Shown here piece by piece: positions 23,948 to 32,934 of a stretch of DNA of 36,140 nucleotides. Location: positions 1 through 36,140 of the forward strand of contig JALQXV010000087.1 of the NCBI GenBank assembly GCA_023263015.1, written 5' to 3'. Every line of letters starts with the position of its first letter. The first letter of the stretch is position 1. Source of the stretch: Candidatus Saccharimonadia bacterium (GTDB lineage Bacteria > Patescibacteriota > Saccharimonadia > Saccharimonadales > 2-12-FULL-41-12). The position numbers were made by a program, and so were the translations under genes. The notes beneath the pieces were generated by a model. It saw only the letters and a program-made list of their open reading frames with translations, was not told the origin of the DNA and made no database searches.

Positions 23948-25530
23948 GAACTCATCCTCATTACTTCAATTTTATTCGCTTCGATTTGCTTGATAATTAT
24001 TTCGTTCCTTGGGTCGTTGCTCGGCAAGTCGAGCCGTATATAAAATACGTACAACCCAAGCTTTACACGACTTGGGCGCGATTCGATTTGCGAAAGATTT
24101 ATGCCGTGCTGCTTAAAAATGGTCAGTAGATCATGCAGTAACCCAGGTTGATCCGAACTTGGCATTAATGCCAAGAAGACAAATGGCAACACAACTGCCT
24201 TAGGTTCTTTGGCAACGACAAAAAAGCGGGTCTGATTACCGGCTTCATCTTCGATACTTCGTTCAATTGTTTTTAGCTTATACATATCAGCAGCAAACTG
24301 AGGTCCGATCGCAAGCGCTTGCATATCTTTTTGGTCGCTAATAATTTGCATGGCGGCTGCAGTACTGGTGGTTGGCACAAGCTCGGCTTGCGGGAAGTGC
24401 TCACGTAAATATCGTCGCGATTGTCCAAGTGCCTGCGGGTGTGAATAGACCGTTTTAATAGTTGCTGGATCGATACTTTCTTCCAGACCACAGAGACTAT
24501 GGTGAATGTCCAGCGTTAGTTCATCGGTTACAATAAGCGCTTGCTGATGCAAGGTGTCCAATGTCTCAATAACCACTCCCTGAATTGAATTCTCAAATGG
24601 AACAATGGCCTGTTCTGCGGATCCATTGGCAACATTTAATAATGCTTCTTGGATTGTTTTAGCATAACTTGGTGTGTCACCAGCTAAGTACTGTCGTGAT
24701 GCTTGATCGCTATATGTACCCGCTGGGCCAAGGGTGATTGTCTGGCTACTATTTACGACATCTTGCTTAACCGGATTAGCCACAATAGCTTCAGGTACGC
24801 GCCATAGGTTAGCCGCCTTGTTAAAGGTTTGCTTGAATGACTCTTCATCCTTATTAAGAACGGCATCGGCTAATAGTTTCGTATTGGCTTGGTGTTGTTC
24901 AAGAACCGTTTTAAAGTGTTCATTTTCAAACTGTAACTCTGCCCAGAGCTCAGGCTTTTGGCTCATAATACGCTCAATTGCGTAACGATTAAGTCGGAAC
25001 GTGACTGAGGCAAAGTTATAGAACTGTTCTCTGCTGTATCCAGATTGTTCCAACGACATGCTAAAAGCGATTGAATTGAATTGAGACAAACACTGGATCA
25101 ATGACATGAGTTCGTCGTGCTCTTTAGGGTTTGATAGCGTTATGTTGGCCCCTAGCTTTTCAAAGCGGCTACGAATATGTTGAGCAATTTTGTGTTCTGT
25201 TTCGCCAGCAATAATGACATTCTGACTCGTTAGAGTTGTAATGTCCGGTCCGTACATTGGATGTACATACAAAATTGGTAAATTCAGCGAGGTCAGCTTA
25301 GCGCCATGACCCATATAAGACCACAAGACAACTAGCAGCTTATCCGTTAGACCATCGAGGCGCCTAATAATGTCGTCACTACTGCTCGGAGGTGTTGCAA
25401 TAACTATACAGTCCGCATCAGCAAGTTCGGTCTCTCCGCCCTCTCGGCCAACGTACGAAATATCTGCGCCACTAACAGTACGGGCAAACGATTTACCCAT
25501 GCCACCTTTACCAATGATTACTGTTTTCAT
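23944..25530 (-). CDS. Fusion protein: prephenate dehydrogenase (TyrA) N-terminal half plus prephenate dehydratase with ACT domain (PheA) C-terminal half
   Basis: N-terminal half: VIIGKGGMGKSFA dinucleotide fold, VHPMYGPD (TyrA HPMFGP signature), KPELWAELQFEN. C-terminal half: ITLGPAGTYSDQA (PDT start), NQTRFFVV (TRF motif), IESRPS (ACT/ESRP motif). Confidence 0.8.
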   Translation of the reverse strand: MKTVIIGKGGMGKSFARTVSGADISYVGREGGETELADADCIVIATPPSSSDDIIRRLDGLTDKLLVVLWSYMGHGAKLTSLNLPILYVHPMYGPDITTLTSQNVIIAGETEHKIAQHIRSRFEKLGANITLSNPKEHDELMSLIQCLSQFNSIAFSMSLEQSGYSREQFYNFASVTFRLNRYAIERIMSQKPELWAELQFENEHFKTVLEQHQANTKLLADAVLNKDEESFKQTFNKAANLWRVPEAIVANPVKQDVVNSSQTITLGPAGTYSDQASRQYLAGDTPSYAKTIQEALLNVANGSAEQAIVPFENSIQGVVIETLDTLHQQALIVTDELTLDIHHSLCGLEESIDPATIKTVYSHPQALGQSRRYLREHFPQAELVPTTSTAAAMQIISDQKDMQALAIGPQFAADMYKLKTIERSIEDEAGNQTRFFVVAKEPKAVVLPFVFLALMPSSDQPGLLHDLLTIFKQHGINLSQIESRPSRVKLGLYVFYIRLDLPSNDPRNEIIIKQIEANKIEVMRMSS

Positions 25531-25572
25531 ATTGTAATCATTATAGCTAACTATAGTTGGATATCTAAAAAG

Positions 25573-27630
25573 CTAGTCCGTGCGAGCATCTTGGTTCAAA
25601 AGTTTGGCGCGCATATTTGCAAAGCGTTTTTGCATATCCTGAGCTTCTTGCTCTGGAGATTTTTGCTTAGGCTGCTGATTATTATTCTTTTGACCGCCAT
25701 TATTTCCGCCAGATTTTCCGCCGCCAACAACGTTAACAACAGGGATAACAATTGGGGCACGGCCAGTCTTTTCGTACAAGAAATGCGTAACGTGTTCTTT
25801 GAGTTCGACTTTAAAACGATCAAGTTCAACACGCTTAAAGCGTTGCGCAACGGCACGTTTAAGTTCTGCACGGAATAAGCCCATAAGCTCTTCCTGATCT
25901 TTCATGTAAATGAAACCACGGCTAATAATGTCGGGGCTTGTCATGAGCTGGCCTGAACGCTTATCAACAGTTAGCACAACTGCCACAAGACCTTCGTTGC
26001 TAAGCATTAAACGATCTTTAACAACTACGTTACTAACTGTGGCACCAGTTTGGTCAACTAGAATTGTGCCGTGAGGAACTTTACCAATGATCTCCATCTT
26101 GTCAGGGGTAAAGGCAATAATATCACCGTTATCGGCGTTAACCGTATTCTTACGAGGTATCCCCTCTTCAACCGCGATCTCGATATGTTGACGCTTTGAA
26201 GTGTAGTCACCCATAACCGGTACGAAGAATTTTGGCTTAGTCATGCTAATCATATCTTTGTATTCGTCAACGCTAGCGTGACCTGAAACGTGCAACGGAC
26301 CATGCCCATCTAGCTCACGATTAATGTGCTGGAAGACATGAACATTTTTGCGGTGCAGATCATCTACCATTGAGCGTACTTTCGCGTCGTTACCAGAATA
26401 TGGGATTGGCGTGCTCGACAGAATCACTGTGTCCTGTTCTTTAAGCTTAACGTGACGGTGCTCACCGTTACTCATACGTTGCAAGGCTGAGCTTGGCTCA
26501 CCCTGCGAACCAGTACAGACAATAACAAGGTCTTCGTCTTTCATGCCACCAATATTTGCAATCGGTACAAAGGTACCTTTTGGTATGCGAACAAAACCAT
26601 TGCGCACGGCCATTTCAAGTGTACTCACCATTGAACGACCATCCATAACGATCTTTTTGTTATGGTGTACTGCGGCATTGATAATCATTTGTACACGGTT
26701 CATGTTGGTACTAAACAGACCTACAAAAATACGACCTGGTGCGTTATCCATAATGTCGATAAAGGTTTGTTCAATGGTTGACTCACTTGGAGTTCGTCCA
26801 GGACGTTCAGTTGTAGTACTCTCCGATAGAAGCGCCAGAACTCCTTCGTTGCCTAGTTCAATAAGACGCTCTGTATCGGTACGCTCATGATCAAGTGGGT
26901 TTGGGTCTAAACGGAAGTCACCAGTGTTAATAATACGTCCAACTGGAGTATCAAGGACAATACAGGTACTACCAGGGATTGAGTGCGTTACGCGTACAAA
27001 CTCGAGGAAGAATTCGCCAATCTTGAGTCGTTCATGAGTATTTTCGTTCATGATAACGGTTTTGAGCTCAAAGCCTTCTGGCATAGGTAAACCAAAGTTT
27101 TCAAAAATTTCTTCGACACGACCTACACTAAATCGACTGCCGTAAACTGGCGCCGGAAATAGTGGCAAGATATGAGGCAAACCACCAATGTGGTCAAGGT
27201 GTCCGTGCGTAATAATGTAACCTTTTAACTTGTGCTTCACAGACTCTAGGTATGCCATATCAGCGATACCGTAGTTAATACCAGGCAGATCAACACCTAA
27301 GTCAGAACCGCAGTCCATAATAACGACGTCATTTTTGTACTCAACAAGAATAGTATTCTTTGAACCGCCACCGTCAAAACCACCTAAACCAATAATCTTA
27401 AGGCGTGGGCTATCATCTATAAAGTTAGCTCGTACGTTTTTGTCAGTGCTTACAACACTTTCAGCCGTAAGGTACTGGCTTGCAATACGCTGTGCGTCTT
27501 CGTTGGCACGCTTCTGAGCGCGAATTGCCGCACCGCGGCTAGCTCGACTTGGGCCGTTATTTGATTTCTGATTTCCGCCGTTGTTATTGTTATTTTGCTT
27601 TGGCGGTTTTGGTTTAGGATTGTGTACCAT
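25573..27630 (-). CDS. rnj: Ribonuclease J with low-complexity N- and C-terminal tails
   Basis: Metallo-beta-lactamase HGHLDHIGG motif and a beta-CASP region. GAAGGAG SD lies upstream. N-tail KPKPPKQNNNNNGGNQKSNNG, C-tail GGGKSGGNNGGQKNNNQQPKQK. Confidence 0.9.
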   Translation of the reverse strand: MVHNPKPKPPKQNNNNNGGNQKSNNGPSRASRGAAIRAQKRANEDAQRIASQYLTAESVVSTDKNVRANFIDDSPRLKIIGLGGFDGGGSKNTILVEYKNDVVIMDCGSDLGVDLPGINYGIADMAYLESVKHKLKGYIITHGHLDHIGGLPHILPLFPAPVYGSRFSVGRVEEIFENFGLPMPEGFELKTVIMNENTHERLKIGEFFLEFVRVTHSIPGSTCIVLDTPVGRIINTGDFRLDPNPLDHERTDTERLIELGNEGVLALLSESTTTERPGRTPSESTIEQTFIDIMDNAPGRIFVGLFSTNMNRVQMIINAAVHHNKKIVMDGRSMVSTLEMAVRNGFVRIPKGTFVPIANIGGMKDEDLVIVCTGSQGEPSSALQRMSNGEHRHVKLKEQDTVILSSTPIPYSGNDAKVRSMVDDLHRKNVHVFQHINRELDGHGPLHVSGHASVDEYKDMISMTKPKFFVPVMGDYTSKRQHIEIAVEEGIPRKNTVNADNGDIIAFTPDKMEIIGKVPHGTILVDQTGATVSNVVVKDRLMLSNEGLVAVVLTVDKRSGQLMTSPDIISRGFIYMKDQEELMGLFRAELKRAVAQRFKRVELDRFKVELKEHVTHFLYEKTGRAPIVIPVVNVVGGGKSGGNNGGQKNNNQQPKQKSPEQEAQDMQKRFANMRAKLLNQDARTD

Positions 27631-27740
27631 TGGTTGATACTCCTTCGGTTATGTTATTAATAGTTTTCAATCGAATATAGTTTGTTAATAAACTGAGATT
27701 TCATAATTATTTAATCTATCTTAGTCTGGTGATTGTTCCG

Positions 27741-28325
27741 CTATGCGGTCTTTAGCTGCGTCATCACTGATGGCACGCCAGCAAAATCGTCTAGCAGAGT
27801 CTGCTTGAGATCCCTGTTATAAATTGCTGCTGCCGGATGATACAACGGCATGATGACCAGTTTTGTGTCGCCAAAGACGACTCGTTTAGGCTGGCCATGG
27901 GCTAGGCTAATCTTAGCATTGGGCAAAAAATACTCCATGCTATGGCGACCAAGGGTCACAATTAGCTTAGGCTTGATGATCTGCAATTCGCGGACCAAAA
28001 ACGGCCAAAAAGCACGCTTTTCTTCCGGTTTCGGGTCACGATTGCTTGGCGGACGGTACTTCACAATGTTCGTAATATAGATGTCACTCCTGACAAGTTT
28101 GGCTTCGGCAAGCATCTCATCAAGAAACTTACCCGCTGCCCCAACAAATGGAATACCTTGAAGATCTTCGTTTTTGCCAGGCGCTTCGCCAATAAAGACA
28201 ATGTCGGCGTTAGAGTTGCCATGCCCCATTACGAGTTGTGTGGCCGTCTCGGCCAACTCTGGACAGGTATTCGCTTTTAGAATATCTGCCTTAAGCTGGT
28301 CGAGTGCGGCCAACGTATCGCTCAT
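27741..28325 (-). CDS. udg: Uracil-DNA glycosylase, family 4
   Basis: GEAPGKNEDLQGIPFVGAAGKFL (family 4 motif A) and a late LYHPAAA (motif B). Confidence 0.9.
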   Translation of the reverse strand: MSDTLAALDQLKADILKANTCPELAETATQLVMGHGNSNADIVFIGEAPGKNEDLQGIPFVGAAGKFLDEMLAEAKLVRSDIYITNIVKYRPPSNRDPKPEEKRAFWPFLVRELQIIKPKLIVTLGRHSMEYFLPNAKISLAHGQPKRVVFGDTKLVIMPLYHPAAAIYNRDLKQTLLDDFAGVPSVMTQLKTA

Positions 28326-28519
28326 TTTTTAAGTTGCAACCTCATTGCATTCACAAGGTTTACGACCGCTCCGATAAATAGAATAACGGTCAGTGCGTAG
28401 ATAAACATATTCGCGGTATCAAGCGCGACTGAACCTACAAAATACACCGCAATAAGTTCCACCAAACCAAAGACAAGGTAACCTTGCTTGGTCTTGTGAA
28501 ATTCATGCACCTTATTCAT
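28322..28519 (-). CDS. Small two-TM membrane protein (65 aa)
   Basis: Two hydrophobic segments (YLVFGLVELIAVYFVGSVAL; MFIYALTVILFIGAVVNLV). Starts 3 nt after the pnp stop and overlaps the udg ATG (ATGA). Confidence 0.5.
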   Translation of the reverse strand: MNKVHEFHKTKQGYLVFGLVELIAVYFVGSVALDTANMFIYALTVILFIGAVVNLVNAMRLQLKK

Positions 28520-28522
28520 TAA

Positions 28523-30655
28523 TTAGTCTTTCTGATCTCGCTTGGCTGCTTTGATACTTAACTGCAAACGACCGCGATCATCAATCGCAACGAGCTTAAC
28601 AGTAACTTTATCGCCTTCTTTAACAACATCAGTTGTCTTTTCAACGCGGTCTTCGCTAAGTTCACTAATGTGCACTAATCCTTCTTTACCAGGCAAAATT
28701 TCTACAAACGCTCCAAAATCGAGCGTGCTAACAACACGGCAATTTTCGTAGATCTTCCCTACTTCTGGGTCGTCAGTAATTTGTCTGATCCACTGAATTG
28801 CTCCATCAATGCTGCGCTTGTCAGGGCTGGCAATCATTACCGTACCATCATCTTTAATATCAATTTCAGCACCGGTATCCGCAATAATCTTATTGATCAT
28901 TTCACCACCCTTACCAATAACGTCGCGAATCTTATCTGGGTTAATAGTGATTGATTCGACGCGTGGAGCGTATGGACTAAGTTCTTCATTAGGGCGACCA
29001 ATGGTAGTTAGCATGTGCTCAAGAATATGTGCTCGACCTGATTTACCTTGCATTAGCGCTTCTTTAAGCACATCAACAGGTAAACCGTGAACTTTCATAT
29101 CCATCTGCAAGGCAGTAATACCCTTTGCAGTACCAGTAACCTTAAAGTCCATATCGCCAGCAAAGTCTTCGGCATCCGCAATGTCACTCAAAATAACTGG
29201 TCGAGTACCGTCCATCATGAGGCCCATTGCAATACCGCTTACTGGAGCTTTGAGTGGAACACCTGCATCCATAAGCGCTAGAACTGCCGAACAAGTAGCC
29301 GCCATACTAGTGCTACCATTCTGGCTCATAATTTCGGTAACTGAACGAATTGCATACGGGAACTCAGCTTCAGTTGGTAATACTGGCTCAACCGCACGTT
29401 CTGCAAGGTATCCATGACCAATTTCTCGGCGACCAGGGCTACCAAGACGTTTCACTTCCCCAACCGTATAACCAGGAGCATTGTAGTGGTGCATGTAACG
29501 ACGCTCAGTTTCTCGTTCCATTGTATCTACGAGCTGCGCATAGCTGAGTGGCGCCAAGGTTACTACGTTAAGTGCCTGTGTCATACCACGAGTAAATAAA
29601 CTTGAACCATGTGTCCGCGGCAAAATACCAGTCTCACTTGATAAAGTGCGAATTTCAGTTGTGCCACGACCATCTGGGCGGATGCCGGCTTCGATGATTC
29701 CTTTTCGAACATCTTTATGGAGCGCTGACGTAAACGCATCATCGTACTCGCGCCGCACATCGGCAAATTCTTCACCAATTTCTGCAGCAAAGTAGACTTC
29801 CATCTCGTCACGAAGGTCACGAACCATTTCGTTGCGTTCTGGATATGGTTTACGGAGTACTTCGCCAAGCTTGCCGTCTACCCATGCATCAACACGTTCT
29901 TGGATGCTTGTATCAGGTAATAATACGGTGAACTCTTGTCGTTCAATACCTAGTTTTTCAATAAGTTCATTTTGCAGATCAATAGCTGGCTGAATCTCTT
30001 CATACGCAAAGCCGAGTGCATCAGCAACCTGTTCCTCGGTAACTTCGTTAGCGCCAGCCTCAACCATCATAATTCCGTCGGCGGTACCAGCGACAACAAG
30101 GTCTAGCTTACCGTTATGAAGCTCTTCTGGCTTCATAAACGCTTTAAAGCTGCCGTGTTCATCCATACCAATACGCAAACCTGCCACAGGGCCGTCAAAC
30201 GGTGCTCCGGTTAGCATAAATGCCGTGCTCATGGCGACCATCGCTACCATGTCAGGACGGAACTCTGGATCCATACTTAGAACTGTTGCAACACCCTGAA
30301 CTTCTCGTCGGTAACCTTTTGGCCATAGCGGACGAATTGGACGATCAATTAAACGACCGATTAAAATGGCGTCGTCACTTGGGCGCCCTTCTCTTTTAAT
30401 AAAACGGCTGCCGCTGATTTTACCAGCTGCATACATTTTTTCCTCATAGTCGATACTGAGCGGAAAGTAATCAAAGCCTTCAAGCTCTTTTGAACCGACC
30501 ATAGCGGTGCCAAGCACGACAGTCTCGCCGTACTTAACAATTACGCTGGCGCTACTACGAAAGCCAACGCGCCCGACTTCTAGGGTTAATGTACGACCAC
30601 AAAATTCAGTGCTAACACTGATGATGTCTTTGCCGAACGGATTAATAGTACTCAT
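28523..30655 (-). CDS. pnp: Polynucleotide phosphorylase
   Basis: 710 aa. Two RNase PH-like domains, then a KH domain (IRDVIGKGGEMINKI) and an S1 domain (GAFVEILPGKEGLVHISEL). Confidence 0.95.
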   Translation of the reverse strand: MSTINPFGKDIISVSTEFCGRTLTLEVGRVGFRSSASVIVKYGETVVLGTAMVGSKELEGFDYFPLSIDYEEKMYAAGKISGSRFIKREGRPSDDAILIGRLIDRPIRPLWPKGYRREVQGVATVLSMDPEFRPDMVAMVAMSTAFMLTGAPFDGPVAGLRIGMDEHGSFKAFMKPEELHNGKLDLVVAGTADGIMMVEAGANEVTEEQVADALGFAYEEIQPAIDLQNELIEKLGIERQEFTVLLPDTSIQERVDAWVDGKLGEVLRKPYPERNEMVRDLRDEMEVYFAAEIGEEFADVRREYDDAFTSALHKDVRKGIIEAGIRPDGRGTTEIRTLSSETGILPRTHGSSLFTRGMTQALNVVTLAPLSYAQLVDTMERETERRYMHHYNAPGYTVGEVKRLGSPGRREIGHGYLAERAVEPVLPTEAEFPYAIRSVTEIMSQNGSTSMAATCSAVLALMDAGVPLKAPVSGIAMGLMMDGTRPVILSDIADAEDFAGDMDFKVTGTAKGITALQMDMKVHGLPVDVLKEALMQGKSGRAHILEHMLTTIGRPNEELSPYAPRVESITINPDKIRDVIGKGGEMINKIIADTGAEIDIKDDGTVMIASPDKRSIDGAIQWIRQITDDPEVGKIYENCRVVSTLDFGAFVEILPGKEGLVHISELSEDRVEKTTDVVKEGDKVTVKLVAIDDRGRLQLSIKAAKRDQKD

Positions 30656-30673
30656 GCAGGATTATCCTTTCTG

Positions 30674-30724
30674 CTCGTCGTCTCGATTCAGATATACGAA
30701 GTATAGCTGTGTCGATACGACGAG
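30674..30724 (-). promoter_or_regulatory. Long imperfect hairpin in the pnp 5' leader (candidate RNase III/autoregulatory structure)
   Basis: 13-bp arms with one mismatch: plus-strand ctcgtcgtctcga at 30674-30686 and tcgatacgacgag at 30712-30724. An inner tatac/gtata mini-stem is present. The structure ends about 18 nt upstream of the pnp ATG. Confidence 0.5.
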
Positions 30725-30816
30725 TACGTGCTTATGGTTTATCGGTACTTCTTATTATAGTACGTTACCGTGAAATACCTCGATGGAAACGTGCCTAGAC
30801 ATGTAGCTTCTAGATT

Positions 30817-30840
30817 GTATACACCATATGTGGTGTATAC
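30817..30840 (-). terminator. Perfect 10-bp stem, 4-nt loop hairpin just downstream of rpsO (attenuating terminator or processing/stability hairpin)
   Basis: gtatacacca-tatg-tggtgtatac read directly. There is no clear U-tract after it on the minus strand. It is flanked by an 8-bp direct repeat agcttcta (30805-30812 and 30846-30853). Confidence 0.45.
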
Positions 30841-30858
30841 TGTCCAGCTTCTAATGAA

Positions 30859-31125
30859 TTAGCGACGGATACCGAGCTTTTTAATGAGCTCAAGATATGC
30901 TTGGCTATCTTTTTCAGCGATGTATTTAAGTAAACGCTTACGCTTTCCTACCATCTGCAAAAGTCCACGGCGTGCCATGTGATCTTTTTTATTGATCTTT
31001 AGGTGCTCAGTGAGCTCCTGAATACGAGCAGTTAGAATGCCCACTTGAGCAGCTGGATTACCGCTGTCTTTGTCATTGGTTGCTAAATCGGCAACGATTG
31101 CCTTCTTCTTCTCTGTTGTAATCAT
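30859..31125 (-). CDS. rpsO: 30S ribosomal protein S15
   Basis: MITTEKKKAIV...HLKINKKDHMARRGLLQMVGKRKRLLKYI is the canonical S15 sequence. I prefer the ATG at 31125 over the GTG at 31143. Confidence 0.95.
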   Translation of the reverse strand: MITTEKKKAIVADLATNDKDSGNPAAQVGILTARIQELTEHLKINKKDHMARRGLLQMVGKRKRLLKYIAEKDSQAYLELIKKLGIRR

Positions 31126-31133
31126 TGAGAAAT

Positions 31134-31162
31134 ATTTTAGCACATCTGTTACGGTTACGCAA
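31134..31162 (-). promoter_or_regulatory. Candidate rpsO promoter TTGCGT-17-(TGc)TAAAAT; the -10 ends 8 nt before the ATG
   Basis: The minus strand reads TTGCGT (31157-31162), a 17-nt spacer ending in TGC, then TAAAAT (31134-31139). The ATG is at 31125. Confidence 0.5.
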
Positions 31163-31195
31163 ATATCCTACTCGGCTAAAAACACCGTGTATTGC

Positions 31196-32851
31196 CTACT
31201 GCCCGATTCTAACTTCGGCACCATGTAGCTTATCTGCAAAATATGAGTCATGCGATACATATATAACTGCGCCATTGTATTGCTGCAGAGCATTTTCTAG
31301 TTCTTCAATGCTCGGTAAATCAAGGTGATTAGTTGGTTCGTCCAAGATCAGAATTTGTGGATCATCTGCCAACATCTTTATAAGTTGATACCGTGCCTTT
31401 TGACCGCCAGATAACCGATCAAGCGTAATCTCACCGTCGCTCATTGGGTTAAATAGATAATCACTCATCAACTGACGAATGCGAGTATCATTCGCTTTTA
31501 CACCCTTATCAAGCAATACCTGTTCGATCGCATCATACAACTTAACATCCAGTAAGTGGGCCGAAATCTCTTGTTCATATACTCCAATTTTAAGTTCTTT
31601 TTCGGACATAATATGCCCTGCATATTTAGTAAGTGGCAAGGCCTCGCCTGCTGCTTGCGACAAGACGGCTCTGATAAGCGAAGTCTTGCCAGCTCCATTG
31701 CGACCGTGCAAACGAATGCGCTCTCCCTCGCGCAACTGGAATGAGACGCTATCAAATAGTGGTGCTTCGTAGCCAAGACTTAGCTCATGAGCTTCAATTA
31801 GTAGCCGACTACCCGATTCCTGCTTCGACTTCATACGCACCTTAATATTGCGGGCCTTATGGGCGTCATACGAGCTGGTCAACTTATCGTTTAATCCTTG
31901 CAGAGATTCTTGGTCAATCCAGAATGACGGTTTCTCAAGTTTTTGTAACTCTGCGAGCTCAGCACGAGCTTTTTGTTCAAGACTTTTAAAGCGCTGAATA
32001 GTACCTGGATCGCGCGCCTTCTCTTTCATGCGCTGGAAACGCAGTACGTCAGACTTAAGATTCGTAATACGGCTCTGGGTAACTTCGTACTCATTAACTT
32101 CTGAAACAATCTTATTAGTATTAGTCTTAAGGTATTCATCGTAATTACCAGTAAAACTCAGTGCACGTCCGTCTCGGATCTCAATAATACGATCAACCTC
32201 GCGCAGTACATCTCGATCGTGCGTAATAACCAGTACAGCCGCTTGCTCACGCTTAAACCACTCAATAAATGAATCCTTAGCAACGTAATCCATATGGTTG
32301 GTAGGCTCGTCAATTAGCACCAACTCGGCGTTGGCATGTTGCACTTTAACAAGTTCAACAAATCGTTTCTGACCGCCAGATAGCGTACCAATCGTACCAT
32401 TGATCTGTGCTTCACTTAGCTGGTACTGGCGTAGGCTTTCAGCAATCTCGCCCTCTACTTGGTAGTAGCCAAGCGAAGAAAATTGCTCTAAAGCGTCACC
32501 ATACTTATTCATCTTAGAAACACTATCGCCCATAGTCGCTGGATAGGTGTCAAGGATGTGTTTCAAGCTGGCATAGTGCGGCAAGTCTGCCAGTATATAT
32601 TCAAGAACGGGAGTATCTTCAAACGCTTGATGTTCTTGGCGAGAAGCGATCGTAATTAAGTTCTTGCGAAACTGCACTTCCCCGCTAAAGTCTGTGTCAT
32701 CGCCAGTGAGCATATGAAATAGTGTCGTCTTGCCGGTACCATTGCGACCAATCAGACCAACCTTTTCTTTAGGCTGAAGCTGCATTGAAAGATCCTTATA
32801 CAAAATCTTTGGACCAAACGACTTTTCGTGAATGTTTATATTCGCAATCAT
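31196..32851 (-). CDS. ABC-F family ATPase (two tandem ABC domains, no TM domain)
   Basis: GLIGRNGTGKTT / LSGGQKRF / LVLIDEPTNHMD, then a helical K/E-rich linker, then LHGRNGAGKTS / LSGGQKAR / ILILDEPTNHLD. Confidence 0.9.
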   Translation of the reverse strand: MIANINIHEKSFGPKILYKDLSMQLQPKEKVGLIGRNGTGKTTLFHMLTGDDTDFSGEVQFRKNLITIASRQEHQAFEDTPVLEYILADLPHYASLKHILDTYPATMGDSVSKMNKYGDALEQFSSLGYYQVEGEIAESLRQYQLSEAQINGTIGTLSGGQKRFVELVKVQHANAELVLIDEPTNHMDYVAKDSFIEWFKREQAAVLVITHDRDVLREVDRIIEIRDGRALSFTGNYDEYLKTNTNKIVSEVNEYEVTQSRITNLKSDVLRFQRMKEKARDPGTIQRFKSLEQKARAELAELQKLEKPSFWIDQESLQGLNDKLTSSYDAHKARNIKVRMKSKQESGSRLLIEAHELSLGYEAPLFDSVSFQLREGERIRLHGRNGAGKTSLIRAVLSQAAGEALPLTKYAGHIMSEKELKIGVYEQEISAHLLDVKLYDAIEQVLLDKGVKANDTRIRQLMSDYLFNPMSDGEITLDRLSGGQKARYQLIKMLADDPQILILDEPTNHLDLPSIEELENALQQYNGAVIYVSHDSYFADKLHGAEVRIGQ

Positions 32852-32897
32852 GTAGATAGTAGTGTATCACTGACCCTACTGCCTTGAACGGTAATGC

Positions 32898-32926
32898 TTG
32901 CAAAAGTAGCTCTATTTGACTACCAT
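32898..32926 (+). promoter_or_regulatory. Candidate purA promoter TTGCAA-17-TACCAT; the -10 ends 8 nt before the ATG
   Basis: TTGCAA at 32898-32903, TACCAT at 32921-32926, ATG at 32935. No SD lies between them. Confidence 0.45.
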
Positions 32927-32934
32927 GTGGGCGT

